Position numbers and translations under genes: made by a program. From NCBI GenBank assembly GCA_002633005.1, contig NMRA01000058.1, forward strand, positions 349,585 through 413,584: a stretch of DNA of 64,000 nt, in the 5' to 3' direction. Below, in pieces: positions 1 through 12,336 of the stretch (the stretch's first letter is position 1; every line of letters starts with the position of its first letter). The notes under the pieces are model-generated. The model was not told the origin of the DNA and ran no database searches. It worked only from the letters and a program-made list of their open reading frames with translations. This DNA comes from Phoronis australis. Lineage: Eukaryota > Animalia > Phoronida.

Positions 1-2159
1 TTCGTGTGAGGTGATGGTTTTTCAACCGCATTGGGATATTGAAGTTCCGCTAAAAGAGGTGATATATCACTATAAATTACATTTCGCGCAAGATATAGTG
101 CGTATAACTTGTATAGCCCAATTTTATAATTATTTGTATTACAGACCACCTTTACACCAGAGATGGAGCGTGAATTGGCGCAGCATGTATTCAGGCTTGA
201 AGAAACAATGTTTGGCATTAAGGACATCCGACTTCTTGCTTATCGGCTGGCAGAGAAAAATGGAGTACCACATCGATTCAGTAACAACATGGCTGGAAAG
301 GGTTTATGGGTTTTTATCTCGGCATACTGAGCTTGCCATCCGTACACCACAGGCAACGTCAGCTTTAAGAGCACGTGCGTTCAACAAGGTTATCGTCTCT
401 AAGTTTTTTGATGTCCTTGAGAAACTAATGGATGACTTCAACTTTGCACCTGACCGTGTTTACAACGTGGACGAGACGGGACTCTCCACCGTACAATCCA
501 GGCCTTCGCAAATTATAGCGCTTAAAGGAAAGAAACAAGTCGGAAGCATCACATCGGCGAAACGCTGTCAACTAGTGAAGTTGAAATCTGTATGAGTGCC
601 ACGGGCACATATGTGCCTCCCATGTTTGTTTTTCCGTGCCAGCGAATGAAAATGGAGCTTATGAATGTAGCACCACACGGGTCCATCTACACTTGTCACA
701 AAAGTGGTTAGATACAAACTGAAAGCTTTTTCCAGTGGTTCCAACACTTTGTAACAGTTGTTGGAGCAACGAAAGAAAACCCAGTAATGTTGGTGCTAGA
801 TGGGCACTCGTCACACACGACCAACATAGATCTCATTAACTACGCAAGAGACCATGGTGTGCATATGCTGTGCCTTCCTGCTCACTGCACGCATCGGTTG
901 CAGCCGCTCGATGTATCATTCAGTGAAACCGCTATCCACGTATTACAACCAGGCGATAGAAGTTTGGATGCAAAACAATCCAGGGAGAACAGTAACAACG
1001 TTTCAAGTTGCCAAACTGTTCAACGAGGCATACCTGAAGTCCACGACAGGTCTTATTGCTGCAAATGGTTTCAGGAAAACAGGCATTTATCCAGTCAATC
1101 GCCATGTTTTCCAGGATCATGGTTTTGCACCTTTATTTGTCACTGACAATACTTGCCACCAAGAAGAGGATATTGTCGTTGACTACCAATCTGATGAGCA
1201 AGCACCTGCTGATGCCAGCCTCCAGTCGTCAGAAAACGACGAGAGGTTTAAATGAAACGGCCTATGATTCGTTTGGCAATAAACTCCCAAGAACAAGCCA
1301 TGAAACCAGGTATGTGTCTCCAGCCAACATACTTCAGGTACCGCATGCACAACCATATCGAGGGAAGGTAAAGGGCAAAGGCAAGTGCTCAAGCAGCTCA
1401 GCAACTCTTCTTACTAGCAGTCCGTACAAGAAATCGCTCACTGAAGAAATGGAAGAGCGGAAGAGAAAAGGTGAAGAAAGAAAAGGAATGACTGGTTCGA
1501 AGAAAAAGACATTTTGCATCTATGTGCAAAGCACCAAAAAAGTTAGAAGAGAAGAAAACAGTTGGCGACATCAATGGTGATGAAAGCAATGACCAGGCCT
1601 GCATATTATGCATACATGCGATGATGACGGCTGGATCAAGTGCTCAAGTTACGAAAAATAGGCCCATGACCAATGTGCCGGGGTAGATAGCGAAAACGAA
1701 GATTACGTCTGTTACCTCTGCCTCTAGCGACTGTTCGTGGTGGAAAAATTATTGTTAGTTGTTACATTAAATGTAAACTGCCAGTTTCGTCATGTTAAGT
1801 TTTTAAAAGCTAAGAACGCATATTGTATAATGTATGATTTAAAAATAAAGAAGAAAAAGACTTGTTATGAAATTCCGTTGTATAAATCGATGATTACATT
1901 TAATCTGTGTTCATAGTAGCAGGACCGTTTTACCCAACTGCAGTGACCGTCTTAACCGCAAGGTAGGGTAAAACAGCCCAGCACGCCATAAAAAGTCAAA
2001 TCTGTCTTGAGCCAAGAGCAATTTTAATTCTACTAATTACGTTTTTTATAAACTACAAGGTAAGCTTTTGGAACATGATTAATTCATTTTACATACATTG
2101 TATACTTTTCCGGTAATGGATCTTTAAAGTTAAAGGTGCTGTTTTACCCCACTCTCCCC
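1..2159 (+). mobile_element. pogo-superfamily (Tc1/mariner-related) DNA transposon, right part, in an intron of the ACAP gene
   Basis: Decayed DDE transposase (next feature), AATAAA at ~1844, right end GGTGCTGTTTTACCCCACTCTCCCC followed by TA (2160-2161), related subterminal motifs at 1921-1980. Left end lies outside the window. Confidence 0.85.
145..1727 (+). pseudogene. pogo-like transposase pseudogene: CENP-B-type HTH, DDE_1 (DETG / DGHSSH / QPLD, DD36D spacing by my count), C-terminal PHD-like finger
   Basis: After an acceptor-like TTACAG (144): TTFTPEMERELAQHV..KDIRLLAYRLAEKNG..(fs)GFLSRHTELAIRTP..YNVDETG..(fs)YVPPMFVFP..LVLDGHSSH..LPAHCTHRLQPLDVSF..(fs)NGFRKTGIYP..CILC..GWIKC..AHDQCAG..YVCYLCL*. 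Several frameshifts and stops. Confidence 0.9.
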
Positions 2160-2291
2160 TACATCATTTAAAAGTTAATGCTAGCATAAAAGTATTGGAT
2201 TTTTTTTCTGTAATCAATTTACATAATGCCAATACATTAGCTATTTAGCACTTTTGACTATGTGATTTTTGACATTTCTTGTATTTTACAG

Positions 2292-2402
2292 ACAGGTCTG
2301 CCAGCTGTTGAAGCGAGGTGCTAATCAACATGCAGTTGATGACTGTGGCCTAGATGCATTGACTATTGCTGTCAATGCTGCCAATGCAGACATTGTCACA
2401 TT
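2292..2402 (+). CDS. ACAP: ACAP/centaurin-beta ArfGAP, penultimate coding exon (ankyrin repeat)
   Basis: TTTTACAG acceptor, GTAAGG donor; encodes QVCQLLKRGANQHAVDDCGLDALTIAVNAANADIVTL, closely matching the recalled ACAP2/3 C-terminal ankyrin segment (QVCLFLKRGANQHA..AANADIVTL). Confidence 0.93.
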
Positions 2403-3758
2403 GTAAGGCTTTGATTTTACTTGTTGCTTTTTCTGCAAATATGGCTGTATTCATAACTGTTTTATCCGCCACGACTGCTAAATCCAATATCTGGACTTAG
2501 GAAACATAAAATGATCTTTGATCAAATCTTGTGGCTCAGCCCTAAAACGCTGTGATCTAGACTTAGACCCCCCCCCCCAAAGCTTGCAGCAACTTTCTTG
2601 AATAATGTGGCTTTTGGGTAAGTCTGTTTGTGGGCAGCATTTCATAATTACTGTGAAATGAAACAAATTAACATAGTCTCCACCTCTCTCACTATGTGCC
2701 CTCCTATTCAAAACTGACTAGATTCTTTGAGGGGATTAAGATCAGTTCAAAAAGTGTTGACTCCTAAAGAGGGAAAGCTAGGACTACTCTACCAAGTTGC
2801 CGCTATGTTGCAATACACAAGTTTCTCTTTTTTAATGTTGTAGTTAACGGATACTCATGTTTTACCTTTAGATTTTGAGGCAATCTGTCAAATTTAGTAA
2901 CGATCTTGTTAAAGCTGCCTTTGACCCTGGTTATCCGAATAAAAGCAAAAATCAAATTGGATCTTTTACTCTCTTAGTAAAGTCAGGTCTCAGTTGTAAG
3001 ATTCTTTATCGTCAGGATTCCATTTCATTCAAGTCACATTTAATGTTTGTGCACCATTTTCAAATTTGCAATTTTCGAATTGTCCTACCTCAATAAAGAT
3101 TGGAGCATTTTCTTGTGTCGCTGAGGGTTTTGATGTTCTTGTTGGTAACAGAAATAGAATAATATGGTACGGAATATCATGAGAGCGACTTATGAGAGGA
3201 AGGCCCAATTCGATTTTAGTCAGCTAAACAACTTACTGTAAGTGTAAATTGAAAACCCACAAAACTATACCTTCTTTAGGTCTTGGGTTGTTGCAGAAAC
3301 TTATTATGTACACAAATATGTGTAACGATACACAAGAGCAATCATGTCACATTGCCCATGCCTTTTTCTAAACAAATTATGACTTCACAGGGCTTGCTCC
3401 AGATAACATTGCAATATTTGTATAGTGGCCATTGTTGGTAACAAAATTGAAAGAGTTTAACATTAAATAGCAAAAATTTGTCTTTCATCTGCTGCTTACA
3501 ACCAAGAACTGATAAATATAGGAAGGATCTGAACAAGACATAAATCACTGAAGACTGCATTGCTCATGTTGCTTGAAAATCAGACATAGGTAGCTTACAC
3601 ATTGCAGAACTGCATTTATTTCTAACAGCTTAAAGAATTGAGTGAATAATGTATTTGTTCATTAGTATGTGTGAATAGAACTGTTATATATTTTTAGTGT
3701 TTGGTTTCACATTTAGTAGTATGTTCTTGTGTTATAATTTGGCTGTTGTTTTTTGCAG

Positions 3759-3915
3759 GTTACGGCTAGCAAAGTTAAATGAAGAGATGCAAGAAACAGA
3801 AGGTTACTTTGGATTAGGCGATGAGACATTCAGTGAAGTTTTCAGAGATTTTTCTAACATTGCTTCCAATGATCCAGACAAGCTGAAACGTAATGCAAGC
3901 TCATCAGAAATATAA
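3759..3915 (+). CDS. ACAP: ACAP/centaurin-beta ArfGAP, last coding exon
   Basis: TTTTGCAG acceptor, phase 2 matches the previous exon (TT|G); LRLAKLNEEMQETEGYFGLGDETFSEVFRDFSNIASNDPDKLKR matches the ACAP C-terminus (LRLARMNEEM..GDETY..IFRDFS..AS..P.KL); TAA at 3913-3915. Confidence 0.93.
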
Positions 3916-4019
3916 TATTGCAATATAGAAGATTAAATGAAATATATACAGTGGTTAAAATAACACACGATCTCATTTTGTAAAGATTTGAAACTCGGCG
4001 AAAGTGCAATTACAATTCT

Positions 4020-4482
4020 TTATACCACAATATTAGCCTCGAATGGTAGATACAACCGTGTAATAACCCATAAAATTATCTCACTAGTGAGATAACATTT
4101 TGGCGAGAAACCGAGGCCGGATTCGAACCCGGGCGTCGAGAGTTTCGAGTCGCCAACTTTACCACTACACCACTCAGTGGCTGACATCATCGAACGTGAA
4201 AATAGAATACTTAACTGAGCACGCGCAACAATCGCATGTTCAGCAAAGGGCATTGCACCAACATTTATACGCTATGAAAAATATGACGCATAATTTCCAT
4301 AGAAACGATATTTTAATTCAGTGAAACTTTTCTCTCGTGTTCTCTCACTTGTAAATCACCGATCTCCAGTTTGAATGCGGGTATCGCGTCGTCAGGATCC
4401 TTTGACTTGAGCATTATAGTCAGTTACTAGTGGTAACCTACTTCAGCAGACGATATTTTCCCGGTCGAAGCTTGGCGTTATA
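4020..4482 (-). repeat. Repeat element carrying a degenerate tRNA-like Pol III cassette (4108-4178)
   Basis: Minus strand has A box TGGTGTAGTGG and B box GGTTCGAATCC with a partial acceptor stem; CpG-richer segment loosely bounded by TTATAC..TCGA / TCGA..TTATAA. Not a functional tRNA (arms mismatched). Confidence 0.5.
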
Positions 4483-4691
4483 AAATGTGTAGTAAGCTAT
4501 AATAGTTGCTAAACCTTAATTTAGAGATTCACTTCATTTTCTATTTTGTTTAATTTTCGAATTGGTTTTAAGTAGAATTATTAGAAAAAAATAGCTCTGC
4601 TTTTCTTAAAAGGTCACGACCTCCAACCCAGTGCCTCTGACATAGAAAGTAGTTACAAAGCCGAGGCGAGTCGAGAAAGGTAGATTGATTC

Positions 4692-5815
4692 ATTATGCGC
4701 CCACATATTTATATGTGGACGCATTATGCCGTCATCTCCGTCCGTCCGTCCGGGCGGTGTCCGTCCGGCGTCCGCTGCTTTATCTCCAAAACCCTTTGAC
4801 ACATGTTCATGAAATTTGGCACATATGTTCCATTCATGAATGGGACGGCATGTGCAAACTTTCGGACGATACGGACTACGCTTACCTTTGTATCTTCAAA
4901 AGTCCTGAACGGATTTTCATGAAATTTGGTATGTAGGCACCTATTAGTCAAATGACGCTATCCTCCCGTTTTCAGATGGATTCAACATAGTTTGCGCCAC
5001 CTAGTGGCAATTTTATTTTTTTACGTTTACCTCTGTATCTTCACAAGTCCTTAACGGATTTTCATAAAAATTTGGTATGTAGGCACCTATTAGTGCGATG
5101 ACGCTATCTTCTCTTTTTTGGATGGATCCGACCTAGTTTGCAACACCCAGTGGCCATTTTTACCGTTTTTGAGTCTGTTTTTTGGCGTCCACCCCTCTAT
5201 CAACCAAATCGCTCTAAGTATGATTGTGAAAATTGGCATGTATGTTCTTACTATGAAGAGGACGGTTGATGCTGAATTCCCATGACTTTGATTACTGTGG
5301 CGCCTCCTAGTGGCAGTTTTTTTTGCGCCCATGGCTTTATCTCGCAAACCGTTGAAGATCTTTACTAAATTTAGCAAGTGTATTTATGTGATGTTGACAA
5401 CAGACGATGACGACTTTAGGATGATTCTGACTACCGGTATGCCTCTGGTGGCAATTTTAATATTTTACATTGACCTCTGTATTTTCATAGGTCTTCAGGT
5501 GTATACTTTGCGTTACTTCGTGACTATGAAGGAAAAGTTCCTAGTAGAAATTTGTTTCTGGCATTCTAATGCTGTGCTAATCTCGTATGTTGGTAAATTT
5601 TTTAATTCTGTTTCTGTGATGCTTTAAGCAACTGATGTATAGGATGTGCTTGTATTACGAAGATCACTCACATTTAGCCTTTCCATTTTGCAAAGTACAA
5701 CATACTACATATATGCCCTCTACTGGCCATTTTATGGTACCAATAAACAACCCTAGAAGGATACCATATACGGTGCAATTGTGGGTGCATTTCAACGCTC
5801 TGCGTTGCTCTTGTT
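4692..5815 (+). mobile_element. Helentron-associated non-autonomous element (HINE/DINE-1-like), copy 1
   Basis: 5' ATGCGCCCAC with nearby inverted GTGGACGCAT, (CGTC)n microsatellite, core repeats, 3' GTGGGTGCAT plus hairpin CAACGC-TCT-GCGTTG ending CTCTTGTT; same family at 20864 and 34058. Confidence 0.75.
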
Positions 5816-5845
5816 GCAATGTTTCTCGTTTATTATGTGGTATAA

Positions 5846-5997
5846 ATAGATTATCACATGTTCTCAGTCGTTATCCCACGTTATCTAGAGCCCGAGTGGA
5901 TTTTTTTGAGAATTATTGCCTAAGGGTGATAATTCTAAAAAAATCCACTCGGGCTCTAGATAAGGGGGATAATGACTGAGAACATGTAATAATCTAT
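5846..5997. mobile_element. Palindromic (foldback) MITE, ~150 bp
   Basis: ATAGATTATCACATGTTCTCAGTC..TCTAGAGCCCGAGTGGATTTTTTT is mirrored almost perfectly by AAAAAAATCCACTCGGGCTCTAGA..GACTGAGAACATGTAATAATCTAT. Confidence 0.8.
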
Positions 5998-7243
5998 ATG
6001 TATTAATTCGGGATTTTTTAAAGAATATGGTCATCTGTTTTTGAATAATGTAAACTGTACAATATATAATTATAGTGACTGTATAAAAACAAAAGTTAGA
6101 GTCTATACCCAAAAGCAGATTTTTTAGACTTAGCACATGTGTTTGGTTTGGTGAGATGTAGAAAAATCTTGCCATCTATTATTTCTCTTTTTATGACCTG
6201 TAACTGGGCGTCGAAGTAAACAAGCTTGGGGTCATTGAATGCACAAAATGTGACATTTAGAGTTTGGTTAGGATGCCTATCCATGTGCAAAGAATGACAT
6301 TTTAAATTTTGACGTATAGACTGATTTTTGAAAATCTACTGGTTTTTATAGGCTGCCTCTTCAGGTGTTTTGATTAGTCAAAAATCATCAGGTATTGAAT
6401 TGCACTATTAGTACAGTGTAAAAATTAGGATGGCACCCACCCTCTACGGCTTACTGGATTTTCTTGAATAAGTAATTTGTTTGAACCGTTTGAATGGGAG
6501 AAGTTATTTTAAAGGAATAATTGAAAAAGTAAGCCACGGACCTCCAGCAAACTTTCAAAATATGAAGGTGATATACACTGCACAAACATGATGATTTCTA
6601 GTGAAATCAGCTACGTGAAAATCTTTGAGAATTCCTTAATGTGACATCATTTTAGAATGTCTGATCTTTGCTTTGCTAGTAAACACTTGCTGGTGACAAT
6701 TAGCACTACAATGGATAACCATACAAACCCGACAATTTTTGTTGTCATTAGATAGAGATAAGTTCATCTGCACACTGTGTTTCTAACTACATAGTTTATA
6801 CAAGTCAAGTTTTATTAATTTGTAATGGTCGTCAAGTCGATTTAAGCCTTCAAAAGACTTGTAAAACTTTCACTGAATTTATTGAATGCATCTCCAAAGA
6901 AAGAATTAAACGTTTGTGTATCAAGTGGAAAATTAAGGTCATGTTGGATAATGCCAAACCATTTGCTGAATGTGCTCCCCGAAAATACAATGCCTCACTC
7001 GGTGTTGATTCATTTTAGGTGCAAACAATCCCTTTTTTCAAGGCAAGCCAACACTTAACTGCACGTGCGGCAGGCTACAGTGTAGGCACAGCTCACATGC
7101 TGACCAGGTTGTTTTGGAAAGGAATCATTAGAGCAAGTTAAATGACCCAGTGCAAAACGTTGACATGAGCTTTGAGTAACTAAACACGAAACATAAGTAT
7201 ACCTATGTGTACATTGGAAAATTTGAAATTATCAGTCGCTAAT

Positions 7244-7391
7244 CAGGGGCGGATCCATTATTTTTATTTAGGGGAGGGGGCAGGGCAGAATATTTGCTAG
7301 GATTCTCTCTGTCGGACATTCGCATTCCCAAACTGCCAAATAGAATCTGGGAGTTTTAGGGGGGCACGGGCCCCCTCTAAATCCGCCACTG
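7244..7391. mobile_element. 148-bp MITE with CAGGGGCGGAT/ATCCGCCACTG TIRs and 5-bp TSD (hAT5-like)
   Basis: TIRs visible; CTAAT duplicated at 7239-7243 and 7392-7396. Confidence 0.8.
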
Positions 7392-9710
7392 CTAATTGTG
7401 TTCTGGTAATCAAATTGAAAAGTTTAAATTGAATCGAAAGCAGTTTATTGTTACCCGCTATAAATAGAGGAATTGACTAAAATGACCCTTGGTGGTACAT
7501 TTACCTGATCTAGGCTTTGGCTATCAACTTCAAGTTGGTTCAACAAGTTTTTTGAAATATCCTTTTTATACTGTATTATTAGTCGATGTCACTGAAAATT
7601 CATAGCTTGTCATTGCCAAACCAATGTGAAGATTCGTAACACCGTTGATAAACAATGCACTGTTCTCATGACTGTAATGCTACTGGAACATTTTTCATTG
7701 TATTTACTTTCCACTGAAAGATTTATCACACATGTAGGTGACAGGTTAGTACCTTGTACTTTTTACCTTACAGAACAACTCATGTAGACAATGTCATGTT
7801 CTGCACAGTGCCTTATGTGCTTTTGCCTTATAAACATGTTCACATACTTTACAGCACACCACGTTTACCTGTCAGTCACTAGTTAACTGCAGAGGGGTTT
7901 CAACAACAACGGGGGGGGGGGGGTTGATGATAAATATAAACACACTTAAAAAACTAACAAAATCTCAAATTTAGAAAAATCAAAGCCTTTTCTTCTGTGC
8001 CCTTTTGATTTGAGACCAGCAGTATATTTGGTGGCTTGCTGATTTTTCATTGTTAAGATGGGTTAATCTCAACAAAGAATGGGCTCTTAAGTGCAAAACC
8101 CAATATCAAGAATCAAATAATATGCATTCTCACACGTGTGTACCATAGGCAGCGCAGCACTGAAAAAAGTGTGGGGCTAAAGCCCCCCTGTGGTATAGCG
8201 CCCATAGACCACGGGCAGCGCAGCACTGAAAATAGTGAGGCCTATCTGCGCCGACCATGTGTACGCAGTGCCACTGAACACGCTCTATCCTTTTCATTTA
8301 GATAATAATTATTGAGCTTCATAAGTCAAGCTTCTCTGGCTTGTTATTTCAAGTGTTCTCATTTTTTTCGAAATGTTTCACATACACCGTACTCATTGAG
8401 GTTAACGGCCATATTTGACTTACGGCCACCCCAACATTTCAGATTCCCATGCAACTGGCTTACTTTTGAGTAATTAATAATCAGTTGCAGTGGTACCTTG
8501 AAAGTACCCACTTTTTACTGAAGGAGATGTGAAATGGTTCTTGGGCATATGCCCATTTTAATATAATTTCAGATATTCTGGTGTGCAAAAATGGTGAAGG
8601 TATTAGTGCGAGCAAATTTGATTGTTTGGTTACAATTGTTTTTAAATGCCTGTGCTCGCCTAACGTAATGCATGCTCCGGTTTATGAATTCCCAATTTAA
8701 GCATCCTTGGTGATCGGTATGCACACGAGCACAATTCTGAATATAAATACAGCTTCACCATATAGTGCTGCGGACGTGACCTAAATACTAATAGCAGCAT
8801 TTACTGTAAGGCAAAATGGATTTTGCGTCATATAAAATGTTTTGTTGTTGTTGTATCTGATTTGCTCGAGTTTTGGTATGTTCACATAATTATCAATTTC
8901 ACTTATGTACCATCTGCTAGTTGCAACTTTTTTCTGCATTGTAAATTTGTTTTAATGCAACACGGTCATTTACAACTGCTTGTTCTCTAATAAAGCTCTT
9001 GTGGTGCACAAGCATTGGAAACTAGGTTTTATAATGCTCATAGAATTTTCTTTCATAGAATTGTTTGTAAAACATATTACCATCATCAGTTAAGCAATTA
9101 CTTTGCAGATTGTGTAATTTTCAAAAAAAACTATACTGTACTATACTTTACTGAAATGGTTACTTGGCAGTGTAGTCCAATTGTGGCATTTTTTCAAATT
9201 TTTGTCTGGAGATTTTTGCAGATTTTTCAATGTACAGTTTATTATGAAAACAACTGTGGTTGTGTCGACATGCAATATTCTGTCGTGCCTGAGTAGTTTG
9301 AGGTGCTATTGTCAAAATGGATTTGTACTGATTCTTTCTATGTGATGCCCTACAAATGTGTTTTTAAGTCTTCTATAATACATTTCCATGCAGCAAGTTA
9401 TTTACAAGTCTTCCGTCGTCTTGTTGATGTTATATGAAATTTGTCGTCATTGCAGGTAATTTTTAATATTTCGGTTTAGATCTATCAAAAAGTAGATATT
9501 GGATCTGATGAGTATTAATTGCACCATTGATGTTCCTTAAGAGTTATTGGAAAAGTGAATGCAATTGTCTATTGTTGGTCCCAGACATGAAATATACTGT
9601 TCGTTGTCACAAAATGACCAGTGGTGCTCCTTAATGGATTTTTGTTCTTAGAAATAGGATAAGTGTCTAGTATTTCTGATCAAGGTTATTTTGTTAGTGT
9701 GGTACTTCTA

Positions 9711-10138
9711 TGCTCATTTGCATGAAACAGTCCGTTAGGGACTCAACTAAGTTTCCTAAATCTACTGCATATTTTTGGATTTGTGAAAACATTGACTGCC
9801 CTTTCTTGTATTTTTTACCGGTAGTTTCATTACTAAGTCAAATTTTTACTTTGATACAAATCGAGAGGGAACTCTACGTTCAGTATTATCGAAAATAAGT
9901 AAGGATCTTTTTATGCAACACCCCCAATTTAAGGACTAAGTCCCTATTTATTATCACTGAACTCTGGGCTTAGTCTTTATATTATTAGAAAATGTCATTA
10001 AACAAAGAGGAACTCATAATAAAGATAAATGATGTAATCTTATTGCATCTGTTAGTCCATAAAGACACAAATACGCAAAAAGGACGTAGAAACTTTAGTT
10101 GAGTCCCTATTTGGGACTGTTTCATACAACGAACCACT
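9711..10138. mobile_element. MITE, ~430 bp
   Basis: Imperfect TIRs ATGAAACAGTCC..TAGGGACTCAACTAAG / CTTTAGTTGAGTCCCTA..GGACTGTTTCAT; TSD not resolved. Confidence 0.65.
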
Positions 10139-10165
10139 GATGCCTTTGATGAAAGGTAGATGCAT

Positions 10166-10602
10166 TAGGCAAATCTTACGCTAACAGGATTTACACACAA
10201 GTGAACGGTTACCCTTGAGTGTAGAGTGAAATCCTCGCCACATTAAAGGCTTGATGGCATTGTCACGGATTGAAGTGAGCTAGCCACTCATGGGCTTGGC
10301 TGAGCGTGTTGGATGAGATAATTACCATCGTAAACCAACGCCCCTGTTTAACATATAAGTTTTGTACTCAAAAAGTTAACCATGAATAAGGCAAACAATC
10401 CAAATGACTGTAAATAGTAGCCGTCTTTGAATTTTTAAAATCAATGCATTATAAGAGAAATTTGCAAATACTTAGGTTCTCTTCAGCATCACGGCTAAGC
10501 TACGAGCAATAATTTGTCAGTCAGTTAGAACAGGTTAGTCACAGTCTGGCTTAGGAATTTGGATAACAAAATCTCGGATGTTAGCGTAGGAGTTGTCTCA
10601 TG
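10166..10602. mobile_element. MITE with TACGCTAACA-containing TIRs; second copy inverted at ~40243-40621
   Basis: GGCAAATCTTACGCTAACA / TGTTAGCGTAGGAGTTGTCTC ends; 10430-10600 matches the reverse complement of 40243-40430. Confidence 0.65.
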
Positions 10603-10808
10603 TGTAGGGGGAGTGTTGGTTATTTCCATCATTGCCACATAGCTTAGACATTACGCTGTAAGCAAAAATAAAAATAACTGATCAGATATTTTTGTTGAAA
10701 ACATTTTAATGCAACACATCACTTCCACTCAAGAACTTAAAGGTAAGTATACACATCAACTTATGTGTAACAAGTATAATCAGAATTACCTGTAACAACA
10801 TGTAGCAA

Positions 10809-10987
10809 TTAAAACAAACTGAAGCCACTGCTGGCATTATCAACATTTGGAGACGTCTCGCCAAAATTAAAACCAAAACTATCAGTTGGTGCTGTCTCAT
10901 CAGATTCATCCCCAAACATGGAAAGCATTCCTGATGGTTGCGTGTTGGAACCCATGAAGTTGAATCCAAAGCTGTTTTCTTGTTCTG
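10809..10987 (-). CDS. Minus-strand gene, last coding exon (Phe/Gly-cluster tail; SIX6OS1/C14orf39-like, tentative)
   Basis: TTTTAG acceptor; (A)EQENSFGFNFMGSNTQPSGMLSMFGDESDETAPTDSFGFNFGETSPNVDNASSGFSLF*; phase 1 matches the upstream exon. Confidence 0.8.
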
Positions 10988-11245
10988 CTAAAACCCAATA
11001 AGATCACTATTAGTAAGACATTTATCATTATCTTTAAATTCCAATCTATTTAGAAAATATACTCGATGTGTTTAAAATTTTCTGTTTTAACTTTGTTCAA
11101 AAGTACAACAAAATAACCCCCAAAAAGGGTTTGAGTAGTTGGAGGGAAATGTGTCGTGAAGCATTTTTGAAAGTTACTATTCAGATGAAGCTCCCTTTAT
11201 CAACCCCTAAGCAGCGGTTGCACACTTCTAGGACGAAATAGTCAC

Positions 11246-11308
11246 CTTCACTGTGGGTGCTGTGTGGACTGGAGGGAAACAACATTTCACCAGTAGAAGG
11301 AGATTTGC
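11246..11308 (-). CDS. Minus-strand gene, 63-bp exon
   Basis: TTTATTTCTTAG acceptor, GTGACT donor; (G)KSPSTGEMLFPSSPHSTHSE; phase 1-1. Confidence 0.72.
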
Positions 11309-11596
11309 CTAAGAAATAAATGCAGTGTTGAAATGAACCCACAATTGCACCGCAAACAGTAATTTTTAAGGATCTTCTGTAGATCTATGTAATAAAATTT
11401 GACGAAAGTGTCCACTATGATATCAAAAATGGTCAACAGGAATGCTATGGGAATCGGTATGTCAACTGGTGATGCCATCATACATAAGGAATGTTGAGAA
11501 CCAAATGAAGTGTTCTACTTAAAAAGATAGTGCTGCATGTGGTTTAGAATAAATATGTCAAGTCTGGTATGTGCAAATAAACAATTAGTTGCTCAC

Positions 11597-11639
11597 CTTG
11601 ACTTGTTGCATAAAACATACTTGTAGGACTCGATGTCAA
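11597..11639 (-). CDS. Minus-strand gene, 43-bp exon
   Basis: TTTCTTTTGCAG acceptor, GTGAGC donor; LTSSPTSMFYATSQ; phase 0-1. Confidence 0.72.
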
Positions 11640-12336
11640 CTGCAAAAGAAACAGAGTGGAATATGTTGTTAAAAAACTGGTGTCTACAGAAATGATGTAA
11701 AATGGCAAAAGCATGTGCAACACTGTAATGACGGAACACTGTGGTGATATGTTAAAATAAGAAGTTCCTGTTTTTTTGTTATTTTTAAAAGTGAGCACTA
11801 ACAAAAATTGATAATAAAACTAAACAAAGCCACCCATGACTGATACTGAAGCATTCTTGCCCAAAACACGGTACCGAACTTCTTCAAAAGTTGCTAAGCC
11901 ACCTAAGGTCAGTCCAACATTCACAATGATGATGATGATGATAATGATGTTGATTGTGGTAATGATGAACGTGATGTTAACTATCATATGATGAATGAAG
12001 ATGTCAGAAATGAGCAAGAAATTCAATTTTGTTCAACAGAAGGTAAACCAACAAAAGTGCAGCAAAAATCGGTGGTCATGAACAGCGCCATCAGAGATTC
12101 CCAAATAATTCGAAAACGAGACCCCCTTAAGTGAAAAATGGAAAACATTTTTTGAGGGCCCATAATCTAACAGAGTAGTTTCATGGAATTTTTGAAAATT
12201 TTCAAATTTTGCATTTTTTGAAATTGAAAATCAAATAACTCAAAAATGTTAAGTCTGAGAAAAAATTGTTAGAGGTCATTTGAAAGAGTATACCTTAAAG
12301 AATCTACATGCAAAAATTCATGTCGTATAACGTTAA

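Noticed and set aside
11820-12026. Hydrophobic Ile-rich ORF
   Set aside because: Artefact of a (GAT)n-rich tract within a fragment related to the 48960-49080 repeat.
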